From Sulfurovum sp. (lineage in GTDB: Bacteria > Campylobacterota > Campylobacteria > Campylobacterales > Sulfurovaceae): 42,379 bases of DNA. This document shows positions 18,417 to 28,688 of the stretch, piece after piece. The position numbers and the translations under genes are program-made. The stretch is taken from the NCBI GenBank assembly GCA_015490315.1, contig WFYB01000090.1:1-42379 (forward strand). The letters run 5' to 3'. A model generated the notes under the pieces. That model was given only the letters and a program-made list of their open reading frames with translations, was not told the origin of the DNA and ran no database searches. How positions within the stretch are numbered: the first letter of the stretch is position 1; the number at the start of each line of letters is the position of its first letter.

Positions 18417-18459
18417 TAGTGTATAATGGCAACACTATATTTGTCAGGGGAAAAACACA

Positions 18460-19110
18460 ATGATCAAAAAAGTTTTGCTATTTACTACTCTATTTTCTCT
18501 CTTTTTTTTCTTCACAGGCTGTGTACAGAACGAGATTGTACTCACTCCTCAAGAGAATCAGCATGCCAATAACAGCTGGGGGGAGCAGACCAATGTGGAT
18601 GATGAAGATGTAGATATCTCCGATCTTGATGAGAATCTGACCGAAGACGAGACGATGATCACCGAAGAGACGATGGAAGCAAGAGTTCCGCGCATCCCTT
18701 TTCCTGTACAGGAGTATAGACGGCTCGCAACGATCGGGAAAGGTACGATCAAAGGAGCGATATATCTCAAGGATATGTATGGCGAGAGGATCCCAGGAAG
18801 CGGTACACGTCTCTATCTCAATCCTGTGACAAGTTACTCGAAACAGTGGTATGAAGAGAGTTATCTCGGTGGTGCCAAGATGGAGAAAGCCGATTCGAGA
18901 CTCTTTAACTATCTGCGTTTTACCGCTGCGGATAATGAAGGAAACTTCGCCTTTTACGGTGTCCCAAGCGGAAGCTATTATCTGATAGGGACAGTCAAGT
19001 GCGGCAGCGAATGCGGCTATGACACTCCCAAAAATATACGTATCGCTACAACAGTGCGTGTCGTGGGAAATCAGGTGGTTCAAAAAGACCTTGTAAAGAG
19101 TGTGGAGTAA
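18460..19110 (+). CDS. Putative lipoprotein with an acidic linker and a carboxypeptidase-regulatory-like beta-sandwich domain
   Basis: Lipobox FFTG|C, D/E-rich linker, then GTIKG...LNPVTSYS..WY...ADNEGNFAFYGVPSGSYYL. Confidence 0.7.
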   Translation: MIKKVLLFTTLFSLFFFFTGCVQNEIVLTPQENQHANNSWGEQTNVDDEDVDISDLDENLTEDETMITEETMEARVPRIPFPVQEYRRLATIGKGTIKGAIYLKDMYGERIPGSGTRLYLNPVTSYSKQWYEESYLGGAKMEKADSRLFNYLRFTAADNEGNFAFYGVPSGSYYLIGTVKCGSECGYDTPKNIRIATTVRVVGNQVVQKDLVKSVE

Positions 19111-19125
19111 GAGAGACTCCCACTG

Positions 19126-19806
19126 TTACCCTTTCGGGTATGCCTCTTCTAATTTGCTGTAGAGCTGTTGAGGCGTGATATCCTCAGATGTCTCCAAGAT
19201 ACGCTGCATCGTGACATTATCCTCTTCACCATTCCAGAGTTTGATGTAAGTTCCCTCTTTGTACCCGTGATCCTGTCTGAACTGGTTGAGGATGTTTTTG
19301 CCGATATAGAGTTTGTAGAGGCTCTCAAGATTGAGCCCTGACTGTATGGCAACATCGATAAAAGATGTGACAACCTCTTGGATGGAGGCATCACAAAAGA
19401 GTTTTTTGATCAACTCCTCTACCACTTCTATCTGTGCATAGTGGTCTTTTGCTGTGGGTGACACGGGTGCAGTAAACTCCTGAAAGTTCGGTAGTTCTGT
19501 GATGGCAGAAGCAAGTGATTCGATCGTTCCAAGATCGTTCAGTTTGTACTCCTGCAGTGCTTGGGACATAATGAAGTGCCAGATATCTACGGCTTCTATT
19601 TTGATGTTTTCATAGTCCGGCTCGGCATCGATATTTTTCCAGTGTTTCCACGGGTAGCTCTCTATCAGCTCGGCACACTCGAGATAGGTACAGCGCTTCC
19701 AGTCGATCAGTTTGCCGTTTTTGGTGGTGCCGTTCTCCCAGCCCTCACCGTTAGTGGCATCATTGAGTTTTTGTTGGAGTTCGAGCATTTGAAGTATTTT
19801 ATTCAT
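19126..19806 (-). CDS. dut: Dimeric all-alpha dUTP diphosphatase (Campylobacter type)
   Basis: LQQKLND, ECAELIESYPWKHWK, EAVDIWHF and KNILNQFRQDHGYKEGTY. Start set at ATG 19806 after AAGGGA. Confidence 0.9.
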   Translation of the reverse strand: MNKILQMLELQQKLNDATNGEGWENGTTKNGKLIDWKRCTYLECAELIESYPWKHWKNIDAEPDYENIKIEAVDIWHFIMSQALQEYKLNDLGTIESLASAITELPNFQEFTAPVSPTAKDHYAQIEVVEELIKKLFCDASIQEVVTSFIDVAIQSGLNLESLYKLYIGKNILNQFRQDHGYKEGTYIKLWNGEEDNVTMQRILETSEDITPQQLYSKLEEAYPKG

Positions 19807-19940
19807 TCGAATTATCCCTTGGTTTTTTTGCTTGAAGAATAATAACACGAATTGCTATAGTTCTACCAGTGAACAGCACATATTTAGTACTTTTTGAGTA
19901 AAATAGTCTCCTTATTTCAGCCTCATAAAGGACACATTTT

Positions 19941-22163
19941 ATGTCACAACCTGTCGAAAATTTAGATGAAGTACTCAAGAGCCACAAGCTCTCCAAAGAG
20001 GAGTATGAGGATATTCTGCGTATTCTTGACGGTCGTCATCCCAATATTGTGGAGATCGGTATCTTCTCTGCGATGTGGTCGGAGCACTGCTCCTATAAAT
20101 CAAGTAAAAAATATCTCAACGGCTTTCCTACCAAGGCGCCGTGGGTCATTCAGGGACCGGGTGAAAATGCCGGAGTCATCGACATCGGTGACGGTATGGC
20201 AGCAGTGTTTAAAATGGAGAGCCACAACCACCCAAGCTATATCGAGCCTTTTCAGGGGGCTGCAACGGGTGTAGGCGGTATTTTGCGTGACATCTTCACC
20301 ATGGGTGCAAGACCGGTTGCCAACCTCAATGCACTGCGCTTTGGCAAGGTAAGAGGCAATGATGAGACAGCCAAATATCAGCGCCACTTGGTACGTGGTG
20401 TAGTAGACGGCATCGGAAGCTATGGTAACTGTATGGGGGTACCTACCATCGGGGGTGAAGTGAGCTTCGATGAGAGCTACAACGGTAACATTCTTGTCAA
20501 TGCCTTCTCTCTGGGGCTTGTCAAAACCGATGAGATCTTCCTTGGTGTCGCCTCAGGAGTAGGCAACCCTGTCATGTATGTCGGCTCCAAGACCGGACGT
20601 GACGGACTGGGTGGTGCGGTAATGAGTTCTGACTCCTTTACCGAAGAGTCCAAGTCACTCAGACCAACCGTGCAGGTGGGTGACCCGTTTACTGAAAAAC
20701 TGCTACTTGAAGCGTGTCTGGAACTCTTTAAGACTGATGCGATTATCGGTATTCAGGATATGGGAGCAGCAGGTTTGACCTCAAGCTCTTTTGAGATGGC
20801 GGGTAAGACTGGTGCAGGGCTTCGAATGGATCTTGACAAGGTGCCTGCCCGTGAAGAGGGGATGACCCCGTATGACTTCATGCTCTCCGAGTCTCAAGAG
20901 CGTATGCTCATCTGTGCCAAAAAAGGACGTGAGCAGGAGATCATTGATATCTTCGAGAAGTGGGGACTGGATGTTGCTGTTATTGGAGAAGTGACCGATA
21001 CAGAGCGAATGGAGCTTTTCTGGCATGGAGAGAAGGTGTGTGATATGCCGATAGCTCCGGTGAGTGAAGAGGCACCGGTCTTGGACAGACCTACAAAGAG
21101 ACCGGAGTATCTTGACGAGGTCAATGCCAAGAGTGTCGATGACTTTGCACCGGTTGAGGATCAGGAAGCGTATGAAAAGCTGCTTGCATCACTTGAAGTG
21201 GTGGACAAGGCGTGGGTCTACAACCAGTATGACTCCATGGTACAGACCAATACAACCAAACACCCCGGAAGTCTTGACGCATCTGCCATCCGTGTCAAAG
21301 AGAACGGTAAAGCACTGGCAATGAGTTCAGACTGTAACCCGCGCTACTGCTACATCGACCCAAAAGGCGGTGCAGCACTGGCGGTGGTAGAGTCTGGTCG
21401 TAATGTGGCAATGACAGGTGCAAGACCGCTTTCGATTACCGACTGTCTAAACTACGGTAACCCGGAAAACCCTGAAGTGATGTGGCAGTTTGCCCAGGGG
21501 TGTGAAGGGATCAAAGAGGCGTGCAGTGCGCTAAATACACCTGTCGTCTCTGGAAACGTGTCGCTCTACAATGAAACCAACGGTGTTTCTGTTTTCCCGA
21601 CACCTGCTATCGCGATGGTGGGACTCAATGAGGATGAGAAGAGAGTACTTCCGTCGTCGTTCCAAGAAGAAGGTAGTCATGTTGTACTCATCGGTGAAAC
21701 GGACGGTGAGTTTGGCGGATCACTCTATATCAAAGAGCTCTACGGAGAGACTGTGGGTAAGCTGCCTGCGTTTGACTACGAAAAAGAGCTTGCGCTCTGG
21801 GAGCTGGTGATCGAAGCCAACAAACAAGGCTTACTCAAAGCAGCCAAAGATGTCAACCTCGGTGGTATTGCCATTGCTCTGAGCAAGATGGCGGCAGTGG
21901 GAGACAAAGGTGTGACTGCGGGTATCAAAGTAAAGCAAAGCCGCGATATCTTCGATGAGTCTCAAAGCAGAGCCCTGCTTGAAGTGAGTAAAGAGCATCT
22001 TGACGCTGTAGTTGAGATGGCTAAGAAGCTAGGTCTCAAAGCAGATATTATCGGTAAGGTCGGTGGAGAGAGCGTCAAGGTCAATGATGTAGAGTTGCCG
22101 TTGGATCGTGTCAAGGATATTTATTTTAATACCTTTGCGAGAACGATTGAACAGGATCTGTAA
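19941..22163 (+). CDS. purL: Phosphoribosylformylglycinamidine synthase subunit PurL (small type)
   Basis: [54 protein letters not shown] and SGNVSLYN. Confidence 0.97.
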   Translation: MSQPVENLDEVLKSHKLSKEEYEDILRILDGRHPNIVEIGIFSAMWSEHCSYKSSKKYLNGFPTKAPWVIQGPGENAGVIDIGDGMAAVFKMESHNHPSYIEPFQGAATGVGGILRDIFTMGARPVANLNALRFGKVRGNDETAKYQRHLVRGVVDGIGSYGNCMGVPTIGGEVSFDESYNGNILVNAFSLGLVKTDEIFLGVASGVGNPVMYVGSKTGRDGLGGAVMSSDSFTEESKSLRPTVQVGDPFTEKLLLEACLELFKTDAIIGIQDMGAAGLTSSSFEMAGKTGAGLRMDLDKVPAREEGMTPYDFMLSESQERMLICAKKGREQEIIDIFEKWGLDVAVIGEVTDTERMELFWHGEKVCDMPIAPVSEEAPVLDRPTKRPEYLDEVNAKSVDDFAPVEDQEAYEKLLASLEVVDKAWVYNQYDSMVQTNTTKHPGSLDASAIRVKENGKALAMSSDCNPRYCYIDPKGGAALAVVESGRNVAMTGARPLSITDCLNYGNPENPEVMWQFAQGCEGIKEACSALNTPVVSGNVSLYNETNGVSVFPTPAIAMVGLNEDEKRVLPSSFQEEGSHVVLIGETDGEFGGSLYIKELYGETVGKLPAFDYEKELALWELVIEANKQGLLKAAKDVNLGGIAIALSKMAAVGDKGVTAGIKVKQSRDIFDESQSRALLEVSKEHLDAVVEMAKKLGLKADIIGKVGGESVKVNDVELPLDRVKDIYFNTFARTIEQDL

Positions 22164-22173
22164 ATGGGGGTTT

Positions 22174-22300
22174 CTTTTCCACTTTTTTAGAAAAGGTGGA
22201 GCCAAAAGCGTTACTTTTGCAATTGTGCGGACGGTGGCTACAGCGCCTTGCTTCGCAAATATGGGCGCTTTCGCACCTGCACAAAGAGTGCAAAAGTAAC
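22174..22300. repeat. Intergenic multi-stem palindromic element (REP/MITE-like or structured RNA)
   Basis: Hairpin 1: tccacttttt/aaaaggtgga (22178-22200). Hairpin 2: perfect 12-bp arms gttacttttgca (22210-22221) / tgcaaaagtaac (22289-22300), enclosing nested stems ttgtgc/gcacaa, ggtg/cacc and agcgcc/ggcgct. Confidence 0.6.
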
Positions 22301-22331
22301 ACAAAAATTTGTTATGAAAAAGTGAGAGAAA

Positions 22332-23864
22332 ATGAGAGCATTATTGAGTGTGAGTGACAAGAGTGGGATTGTTGAGTTTGCTAAGGGGCTGGAGAAGCTG
22401 GGTTGGGAAATCATCTCAACAGGCGGTACCTACAAGAAGCTAAGTGAGGCGGAGGTAAAGGTCATTGAGATCGATGAGGTGACGAAGTTTCCTGAGTGTT
22501 TTGAAGGGCGTGTGAAGACGCTAAACCCTTATGTGCATGGTGGTATCTTGCACAAGCGTGGTGATGAGGCGCATGTAGCGCAGGCGAAAGAGCTTGGCGT
22601 TGAGGGCATTGATCTTGTCTGTGTCAATCTCTATCCGTTCAAAGCGACCATCGAGCGTACAGATGATTTTGATGAGATCATTGAAAACATTGACATCGGT
22701 GGTCCAACGATGGTGCGCTCTGCAGCGAAGAACTTCAACGATGTACTTATCGTAACAGATGCGGCAGACTATACTCCTGTGCTTGAAGCGCTTGAAAAGG
22801 GTGAGGACAGCTTCGAGTTCAGACGTGATCTGATGATTAAAGCCTTTGAACATACCGCAGCCTATGACAGTATGATCGCCAACTATATGAACAAACGTTT
22901 CAATAATGGTTTTGGGGAGTATCAGTTCATTGCAGGTAAAAAAGCGTTCCAGACGCGTTACGGAGAGAACCCGCATCAAGATGGTGCGCTCTATGAGTTT
23001 GACGGTTTCTTTAGCGACAACTTCAAACAGCTCAAAGGTGAAGCAAGTTTCAACAACCTGACTGATGTCAACGGTGCACTCAAGATCGCTTCAAGCTTTG
23101 GGGATGAGAATGCTGTCTGTATCGTCAAGCACGGCAACCCGTGTGGCTTTGCCATCAAAGATACACTGCTTGAGAGCTATACCGAAGCACTTAAATGTGA
23201 TCCGGTATCGGCTTTTGGTGGAGTCGTGGCAGTAAACGGTGTGGTAGACAAGTCTTTGGCAGAGAAGATGAACGAGATCTTCCTTGAAGTGATTATGGCA
23301 GCAGACTTTACGCCTGACGCACTGGAAGTCTTTGAGAGCAAAAAACGTATCAAACTCTTTGCTCAGGGTGGCAAAAAGCTGGTGATGGCAGGTGACAAGT
23401 ATGACTTCAAACATGTCGACGGCGGTTTTGTCTTCCAGAACGCTGACTGCATCTGTGACAACGAAGTACACAACGCGCACCTCAAGTCCAAAAAAGAGGC
23501 AACTCCGCAGGAGATGAAAGACCTTGAGATCGCATGGAAGGTTGCAGGGCTTACCAAGTCCAACTGTGTCGTTTATGTCAAAGACTCGGCAATGGTTGCT
23601 GTGGGTATGGGCATGACGAGTCGTGTTGATGCGGCACAGTGTGCGCTTAAAAAAGCCAAAGAGATGGGACTTGACGTCACCGGTGCAGCAATGGCAAGTG
23701 AAGCTTTCTTTCCATTTAGAGACTCTGTCGATGCGGCAGCTGAGGCAGGTGTAAGCGCCATCATCGAACCGGGCGGCTCCATCCGTGACGATGAGGTCAT
23801 TGAAGCTGCCAATGAGCATGGCATCGCACTTTACTTTACGACTGTAAGACACTTCTTGCACTAA
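22332..23864 (+). CDS. purH: Bifunctional AICAR transformylase/IMP cyclohydrolase
   Basis: [63 protein letters not shown] and RHFLH. Confidence 0.97.
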   Translation: MRALLSVSDKSGIVEFAKGLEKLGWEIISTGGTYKKLSEAEVKVIEIDEVTKFPECFEGRVKTLNPYVHGGILHKRGDEAHVAQAKELGVEGIDLVCVNLYPFKATIERTDDFDEIIENIDIGGPTMVRSAAKNFNDVLIVTDAADYTPVLEALEKGEDSFEFRRDLMIKAFEHTAAYDSMIANYMNKRFNNGFGEYQFIAGKKAFQTRYGENPHQDGALYEFDGFFSDNFKQLKGEASFNNLTDVNGALKIASSFGDENAVCIVKHGNPCGFAIKDTLLESYTEALKCDPVSAFGGVVAVNGVVDKSLAEKMNEIFLEVIMAADFTPDALEVFESKKRIKLFAQGGKKLVMAGDKYDFKHVDGGFVFQNADCICDNEVHNAHLKSKKEATPQEMKDLEIAWKVAGLTKSNCVVYVKDSAMVAVGMGMTSRVDAAQCALKKAKEMGLDVTGAAMASEAFFPFRDSVDAAAEAGVSAIIEPGGSIRDDEVIEAANEHGIALYFTTVRHFLH

Positions 23865-23896
23865 ACGCTCACAACTGCTCCACAGTTTCACGATAG

Positions 23897-23928
23897 CATA
23901 GGGAATCTTAACACAAAGGATCCCTATG
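23897..23928 (+). promoter_or_regulatory. Hairpin sequestering the RBS and start codon of the vWA gene
   Basis: catagggaatctt (23897-23909) pairs with aaggatccctatg (23916-23928) with one mismatch and one G-U pair. The right arm is the AAGGA RBS plus the ATG. Confidence 0.5.
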
Positions 23929-25101
23929 AAGATCATACCTACTTTCATTGCCATCGGTATGGCATCTGTTGCACTCCTTGCTTCCAAGCCGGTACTTCCG
24001 GATATTCTCAATCCCCATAAAGTCACAAAACCTTCACATCATATTTATCACCGCTACGGTCCGACAATACAGATAGGTATCTTGCTTGATACCAGCGGCA
24101 GTATGCAGGGCTTGATTGAACAGGCAAAAGACCAACTGTGGATGATCGTCAATGAGGTAGCAAAAGCCAATCGATACCATAGAGATGTACATATCGAAGT
24201 GGGACTTTTTGAATATGGTAAATCGTCTATCCCAAGATACAAAGGGTATCTCAGGATGCTTTCACCTCTGACGACAGATCTGGATCGTGTATCAGAGGCA
24301 CTTTTTAGACTGCGCACCAACGGTGGAGAGGAGTATGCAGGACGTGTGATACTCGAATCAGTCGAACGTTTCAGGTGGTCGCATCATCGTGACGATCTGA
24401 AGATATTGATTATTGCAGGCAATGAATCTTTTGCTCAGGGAGATGTCCCCTACCGTGCTGCTATCAGAGAGGCCAGGCGAGAAGGGATCATCGTTAACAC
24501 GATTTTCTGTGGGAACAGAAGAGAAGGAAGAAGGCTCTACTGGGCAGACGGTGCAAGAGTCGGTGGAGGTAAATACTTCAATATCGATCATAACTACAGA
24601 CGGGTAGATATCTCTACACCTTATGATGACGAAATCATTGCGTTGGGGAAACAGCTCAACAAGACCTATCTAAGCTATGGTAAAAAGTCGGTACGCAAAG
24701 CAAAAACCGTTAATGTATATAAGCAGGATGCCAACAGCAGAGGACTCTCAAAGACCTCTTATGTCGAACGAAACCTTGTTAAATCCAAGAGACAGTACAG
24801 GTCTGCATCTTCTGACCTGGTCAGCGCTTATGCCCAAGACAGCAGGATACTTCAGAAGATCTCTTCGGATCGTTTACCCGATCGCCTGCACGGGAAGAGC
24901 AGACAAGAGATCAAAAGAATCATAGAAGAGAAAAAAGTCAAACGGGAAAAGTTGCAGAAGAGGATCAGGAAACTTGAGTCAAAAAGGGCTGCATATATTG
25001 CCAAAAAAAGCAAAAAAGGAGAGAAAAACCTGGGAGCAGCAATCATAAAAACAATAAAAGAGCAGGCAAAAACCCACGGCTACAGCTTTGAGAAGCAGTG
25101 A
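23926..25101 (+). CDS. Secreted von Willebrand factor A (vWA) domain protein
   Basis: Signal peptide, MIDAS motif LLDTSGSM, GGEEY, IAGNE, VNTIFCG and a Lys/Arg-rich helical C-terminus. Confidence 0.85.
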   Translation: MKIIPTFIAIGMASVALLASKPVLPDILNPHKVTKPSHHIYHRYGPTIQIGILLDTSGSMQGLIEQAKDQLWMIVNEVAKANRYHRDVHIEVGLFEYGKSSIPRYKGYLRMLSPLTTDLDRVSEALFRLRTNGGEEYAGRVILESVERFRWSHHRDDLKILIIAGNESFAQGDVPYRAAIREARREGIIVNTIFCGNRREGRRLYWADGARVGGGKYFNIDHNYRRVDISTPYDDEIIALGKQLNKTYLSYGKKSVRKAKTVNVYKQDANSRGLSKTSYVERNLVKSKRQYRSASSDLVSAYAQDSRILQKISSDRLPDRLHGKSRQEIKRIIEEKKVKREKLQKRIRKLESKRAAYIAKKSKKGEKNLGAAIIKTIKEQAKTHGYSFEKQ

Positions 25102-25136
25102 TATTTAAGAAAATTTTAACATTTATAGAAAAATTT

Positions 25137-25145
25137 TGATATAAT
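25137..25145 (+). promoter_or_regulatory. Extended -10 promoter (TGATATAAT) for the polysaccharide operon
   Basis: Perfect TGnTATAAT after periodic T-tracts, about 120 nt upstream of wecB. Confidence 0.6.
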
Positions 25146-25266
25146 GAATATTGAGTTCATTAAGAAGGGAGAGAACGTGCTGCAAAGTGCTGAATAGATT
25201 TACATATCTTATGTTTTCTTTCTCTTTTAACTATCTTCTTCATTCCTTCCACAAGAGGAGACAATC

Positions 25267-26406
25267 GTGAAAAAAATCTTACTGGTCTTCGGCACCCGGC
25301 CGGAAGCTATCAAAATGGCTCCTCTGGTATTGGCGATGAAAGCCCACAGTGATACATTGGATGTAAAAGTATGCGTTACTGCACAGCATAGAGAGATGCT
25401 TGATCAAGTACTCCACATTTTTGATATCGTTCCTGACTATGATCTTGATATTATGAAACCGGGTCAGGATCTTTATGGTGTTACGAGCAGTATATTGGAG
25501 GGTATGAGAGAGATTCTTTCGGAGTCTCAGCCGGATATTGTGTTTGTCCATGGCGATACGACGACAACACTGGCGACTTCTCTGAGCGCGTTTTATCAAA
25601 AGATACCGGTGGCACATGTGGAAGCGGGTCTGCGTACAGGTGATCTCTACAGCCCTTGGCCCGAAGAGGCAAACAGGAAACTTACGGGGGTATTGGCAAA
25701 ATACCATTTTGCACCGACAGAGATGAGCAGAGCAAATCTGATAAAAGAGGGGGTTGGATCCTCACATATTTTTGTGACCGGTAATACTGTCATCGATGCT
25801 CTGCTCTGGGTACTGCAAAAAATCGAAAAAACACCACAGTTGAAACAACAGCTTGCAAATAAGATAGGTCAGGCTTATCCGCATTTTGGGAGCGAAAGAC
25901 CTTATGTCCTGATCACCGGACACAGAAGAGAGAATTTCGGGCAGGGGTTTTTGGATATCTGCAAAGCGATAGCCACTTTGGCAGAAACACATCCGGATGT
26001 CGATTTTGTCTATCCTGTGCACCTCAATCCCAATGTACAGAGACCGGTAAACGAACTACTTTCCGCAATCGAAAATATCTATCTTATCCCTCCACTGGAT
26101 TATGAACCGTTCGTCTATTTGATGAGCAGAGCCTACCTGATACTGACAGACAGCGGAGGTATCCAGGAAGAGGCACCGAGTCTTGGGAAGCCGGTACTCG
26201 TCATGAGAGACACAACCGAACGTCCCGAAGCTGTCGAAGCAGGAACAGTAAAACTGGTAGGTACCGATCCTGATACGATCATAAGGGAAGTGGAGAGACT
26301 TCTACAGGATGAGGAAGCCTATGCAGAGATGAGCAGGGCACATAACCCTTATGGTGACGGAACATCATGTGATAAAATCATTAAAACAGTATTGGAGGAG
26401 AGATAA
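25267..26406 (+). CDS. wecB: UDP-N-acetylglucosamine 2-epimerase (non-hydrolysing)
   Basis: [45 protein letters not shown] and NPYGDG. Confidence 0.95.
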   Translation: MKKILLVFGTRPEAIKMAPLVLAMKAHSDTLDVKVCVTAQHREMLDQVLHIFDIVPDYDLDIMKPGQDLYGVTSSILEGMREILSESQPDIVFVHGDTTTTLATSLSAFYQKIPVAHVEAGLRTGDLYSPWPEEANRKLTGVLAKYHFAPTEMSRANLIKEGVGSSHIFVTGNTVIDALLWVLQKIEKTPQLKQQLANKIGQAYPHFGSERPYVLITGHRRENFGQGFLDICKAIATLAETHPDVDFVYPVHLNPNVQRPVNELLSAIENIYLIPPLDYEPFVYLMSRAYLILTDSGGIQEEAPSLGKPVLVMRDTTERPEAVEAGTVKLVGTDPDTIIREVERLLQDEEAYAEMSRAHNPYGDGTSCDKIIKTVLEER

Positions 26407-27609
26407 ATGCAAACGAAATCAGTATGTGTCATAGGGTTGGGGTATATTGGTCTGCCGACAGCAGCACTGCTGGCAAACCGCCAGTATCAGGTGCACGGTG
26501 TTGATGTCGTACAGAGTACAGTGGAAACAATCAATGAGGGGAAGATACATATCGTTGAGCCTGATCTCGATACCTTTGTGCGCTCTGCAGTCAATTCCGG
26601 GAACTTGGTAGCCGATACCAAACCCAAAGCTTCAGATGTATTTATCATAGCGGTGCCTACACCTTTTCATGAAGGGTATGTGCCCAACATCGACTATGTG
26701 GTCTCTGCGACAGAAGCGATCGCTCCATATGTAGAAGCGGGAAATATCGTGATTCTTGAATCTACTTCGCCCGTGGGAACGACGGAGAAGATCGCAGAGG
26801 TGCTGGAGAGCAACGGTGTGGATATTTCGGGTGTACATATCGCACATTGTCCGGAACGGGTGCTTCCGGGACAGATTATGCGTGAGCTGGTAGAGAATGA
26901 CCGTATTGTAGGGGGGCTGTATGAAGAAGCCACAGAAGCGGCAGCGGCATTTTACAAGACATTTGTCAGTGGCAAGGTGCTTCTGACGGATGCACGCACA
27001 GCAGAGATGGCAAAACTGACAGAGAACAGTTATAGGGATGTCAATATTGCATTTGCCAACGAGCTCTCTATCCTGGCAGAGAAATTTGGTATCGATGTGT
27101 GGGAGTTGATCGCTTTGGCAAATCGGCACCCCCGTGTCAATATCCTGCAGCCGGGTGCAGGGGTGGGAGGACACTGTATAGCAGTCGATCCATGGTTTAT
27201 TGTCCATGCCGGAGGAGAAGATGCCAAAATCATCCGTACGGCAAGAGAGGTCAATACATACAAGACAAAATGGGTGATAGAGAAGATCGAGGATGCGGCA
27301 AAAGCATTTGAAGAGCAAGAGGGCAGAAGTGCGAAGGTCGCCTGTATGGGATTGGCATTCAAGCCCAACATCGATGATCTCAGAGAGTCACCGGCACTTT
27401 ATATTACACGCAGGCTGATCGATGACGGGATAGAGGTATTGCCCGTAGAGCCAAATCTAAACAGATCAGAAGAGTTTGAATTGAGAGATGATGAAACAGC
27501 GATCAACGAAGCGGATATTATTGTCTTTCTTGTTGCACATGACGAGTTTAAAGGTATCAGGATCTTTGGCAAAACAGTTTTTGATTTCTGTGGTGTAACG
27601 AATCATTAA
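26407..27609 (+). CDS. wecC: UDP-N-acetyl-D-mannosamine dehydrogenase (makes UDP-ManNAcA)
   Basis: GLGYIGLP, IHIVEPDL, ESTSPVG, CPERVLPG, NRHPRVNIL, GGHCIAVDPWF and FKPNIDDLRESP. Confidence 0.93.
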   Translation: MQTKSVCVIGLGYIGLPTAALLANRQYQVHGVDVVQSTVETINEGKIHIVEPDLDTFVRSAVNSGNLVADTKPKASDVFIIAVPTPFHEGYVPNIDYVVSATEAIAPYVEAGNIVILESTSPVGTTEKIAEVLESNGVDISGVHIAHCPERVLPGQIMRELVENDRIVGGLYEEATEAAAAFYKTFVSGKVLLTDARTAEMAKLTENSYRDVNIAFANELSILAEKFGIDVWELIALANRHPRVNILQPGAGVGGHCIAVDPWFIVHAGGEDAKIIRTAREVNTYKTKWVIEKIEDAAKAFEEQEGRSAKVACMGLAFKPNIDDLRESPALYITRRLIDDGIEVLPVEPNLNRSEEFELRDDETAINEADIIVFLVAHDEFKGIRIFGKTVFDFCGVTNH

Positions 27610-27647
27610 GAGGCAGGAATGGAAAATACAGGGAAATGGAGAAGGCT

Positions 27648-28688
27648 ATGAAGTATGAAACTGTAAAGAAAGCGTTACTGGAGAAGCCTCGTGTTTGGCT
27701 GGTGACCGGTGTTGCCGGATTTATCGGCTCAAACTTGGCAGAGACGCTTTTGCGTCTGGATCAGAAAGTGATCTCTATCGATAACTTTGCAACCGGGCAC
27801 AGATACAATTTGGAGCATATCAAAGCCTCTGTTTCCAAGGAGCAATGGGATCGCTTTACATTTGTTGAAGGAGACATTTGTGACTATGCATCTTGCCACG
27901 CTGTGGTTAAAGATGTGGATGTCGTGTTACATCAGGCAGCTTTGGGTTCGGTGCCGCGTTCGATCGATGATCCTTTGACCTCGAACTGCTCAAATGTTAC
28001 AGGGTTTCTCAATTTGCTTACCGCCGCAAAAGAGAATGGTGTAAAGCGATTTGTCTATGCCTCTTCCTCATCTGTCTATGGAGACTCTCAAGAACTTCCG
28101 AAGGTTGAGGCACGTACAGGGAACCTACTCTCTCCCTATGCCGTTACCAAGTATGTCAATGAGCTTTATGCCGGTGTTTTTCATAAATGTTATGGCATGG
28201 AGACGATAGGACTGCGTTATTTCAATGTCTTTGGCAAGAGACAGGATCCAAACGGTGCCTATGCGGCAGTGATGCCAAAATGGATCGCACAGATGCTTAA
28301 GGGAGAGGATCTCTTTATCAACGGTGACGGTGAGACAAGCAGGGATTTTACCTATATTGAGAATGTTGTACAGGCAAACATACTTGCAGGAACCACAGAG
28401 AACGATGTGGCGTTCGGAGAAGCGTTCAATACAGCGATTGCCGGGAGAGAAACACTGAACAATCTCTATGAAGCGATCGCTTCCGGACTCAAAGAGCAGT
28501 TGCCGGAACTTGAGATCAAAGCACCGATCTATCGTGATTTCAGACCTGGGGACATCAGGCACTCCAATGCCAATATCGATAAGATCAAAGAGGTACTTGG
28601 CTATGAACCGACCCATACACTTGAAGAGGGATTGAAAGCCTCAATCGCATGGTATATAGAAGATATAAGAGGGAGAGAAAATGGATAA
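27648..28688 (+). CDS. UDP-GlcNAc(A) C4-epimerase, WbpP/TviC-like extended SDR
   Basis: [51 protein letters not shown] and GDGETSRDF. Alternative start 27636. Confidence 0.9.
   Translation: MKYETVKKALLEKPRVWLVTGVAGFIGSNLAETLLRLDQKVISIDNFATGHRYNLEHIKASVSKEQWDRFTFVEGDICDYASCHAVVKDVDVVLHQAALGSVPRSIDDPLTSNCSNVTGFLNLLTAAKENGVKRFVYASSSSVYGDSQELPKVEARTGNLLSPYAVTKYVNELYAGVFHKCYGMETIGLRYFNVFGKRQDPNGAYAAVMPKWIAQMLKGEDLFINGDGETSRDFTYIENVVQANILAGTTENDVAFGEAFNTAIAGRETLNNLYEAIASGLKEQLPELEIKAPIYRDFRPGDIRHSNANIDKIKEVLGYEPTHTLEEGLKASIAWYIEDIRGRENG

Noticed and set aside
18502-18509. T8 homopolymer in the lipoprotein signal peptide (similar T7-T8 runs in wzy, the CapK-like gene and a GT) as phase-variation sites
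   Set aside because: Short T runs encoding Phe in intact frames are common in AT-rich DNA. No long poly-G/C tracts typical of Campylobacterota phase variation were seen.
19126-19806. Dimeric dUTPase as a sign of phage origin
   Set aside because: This form is the normal housekeeping dUTPase in Campylobacter relatives, and no phage genes are nearby.
22108-22304. 63-aa (+) and 91-aa (-) ORFs across the purL-purH gap
   Set aside because: They overlap the purL end, lack an RBS and simply read through the palindromic element.
22164-22331. Possible ZTP (pfl) or purine riboswitch upstream of purH
   Set aside because: The context fits, but I could not match the conserved motifs or pseudoknot. An Rfam search would settle it.
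25103-25137. Imperfect direct repeat atttaagaaaatttt / atttatagaaaaatttt
   Set aside because: Explained by the periodic A/T tracts normal upstream of Campylobacterota -10 boxes.
27619-27651. 10-codon mini-ORF ([10 protein letters not shown]) whose stop overlaps the WbpP-like ATG
   Set aside because: The downstream gene has its own RBS, and an ORF this short in purine-rich spacer DNA is expected by chance.
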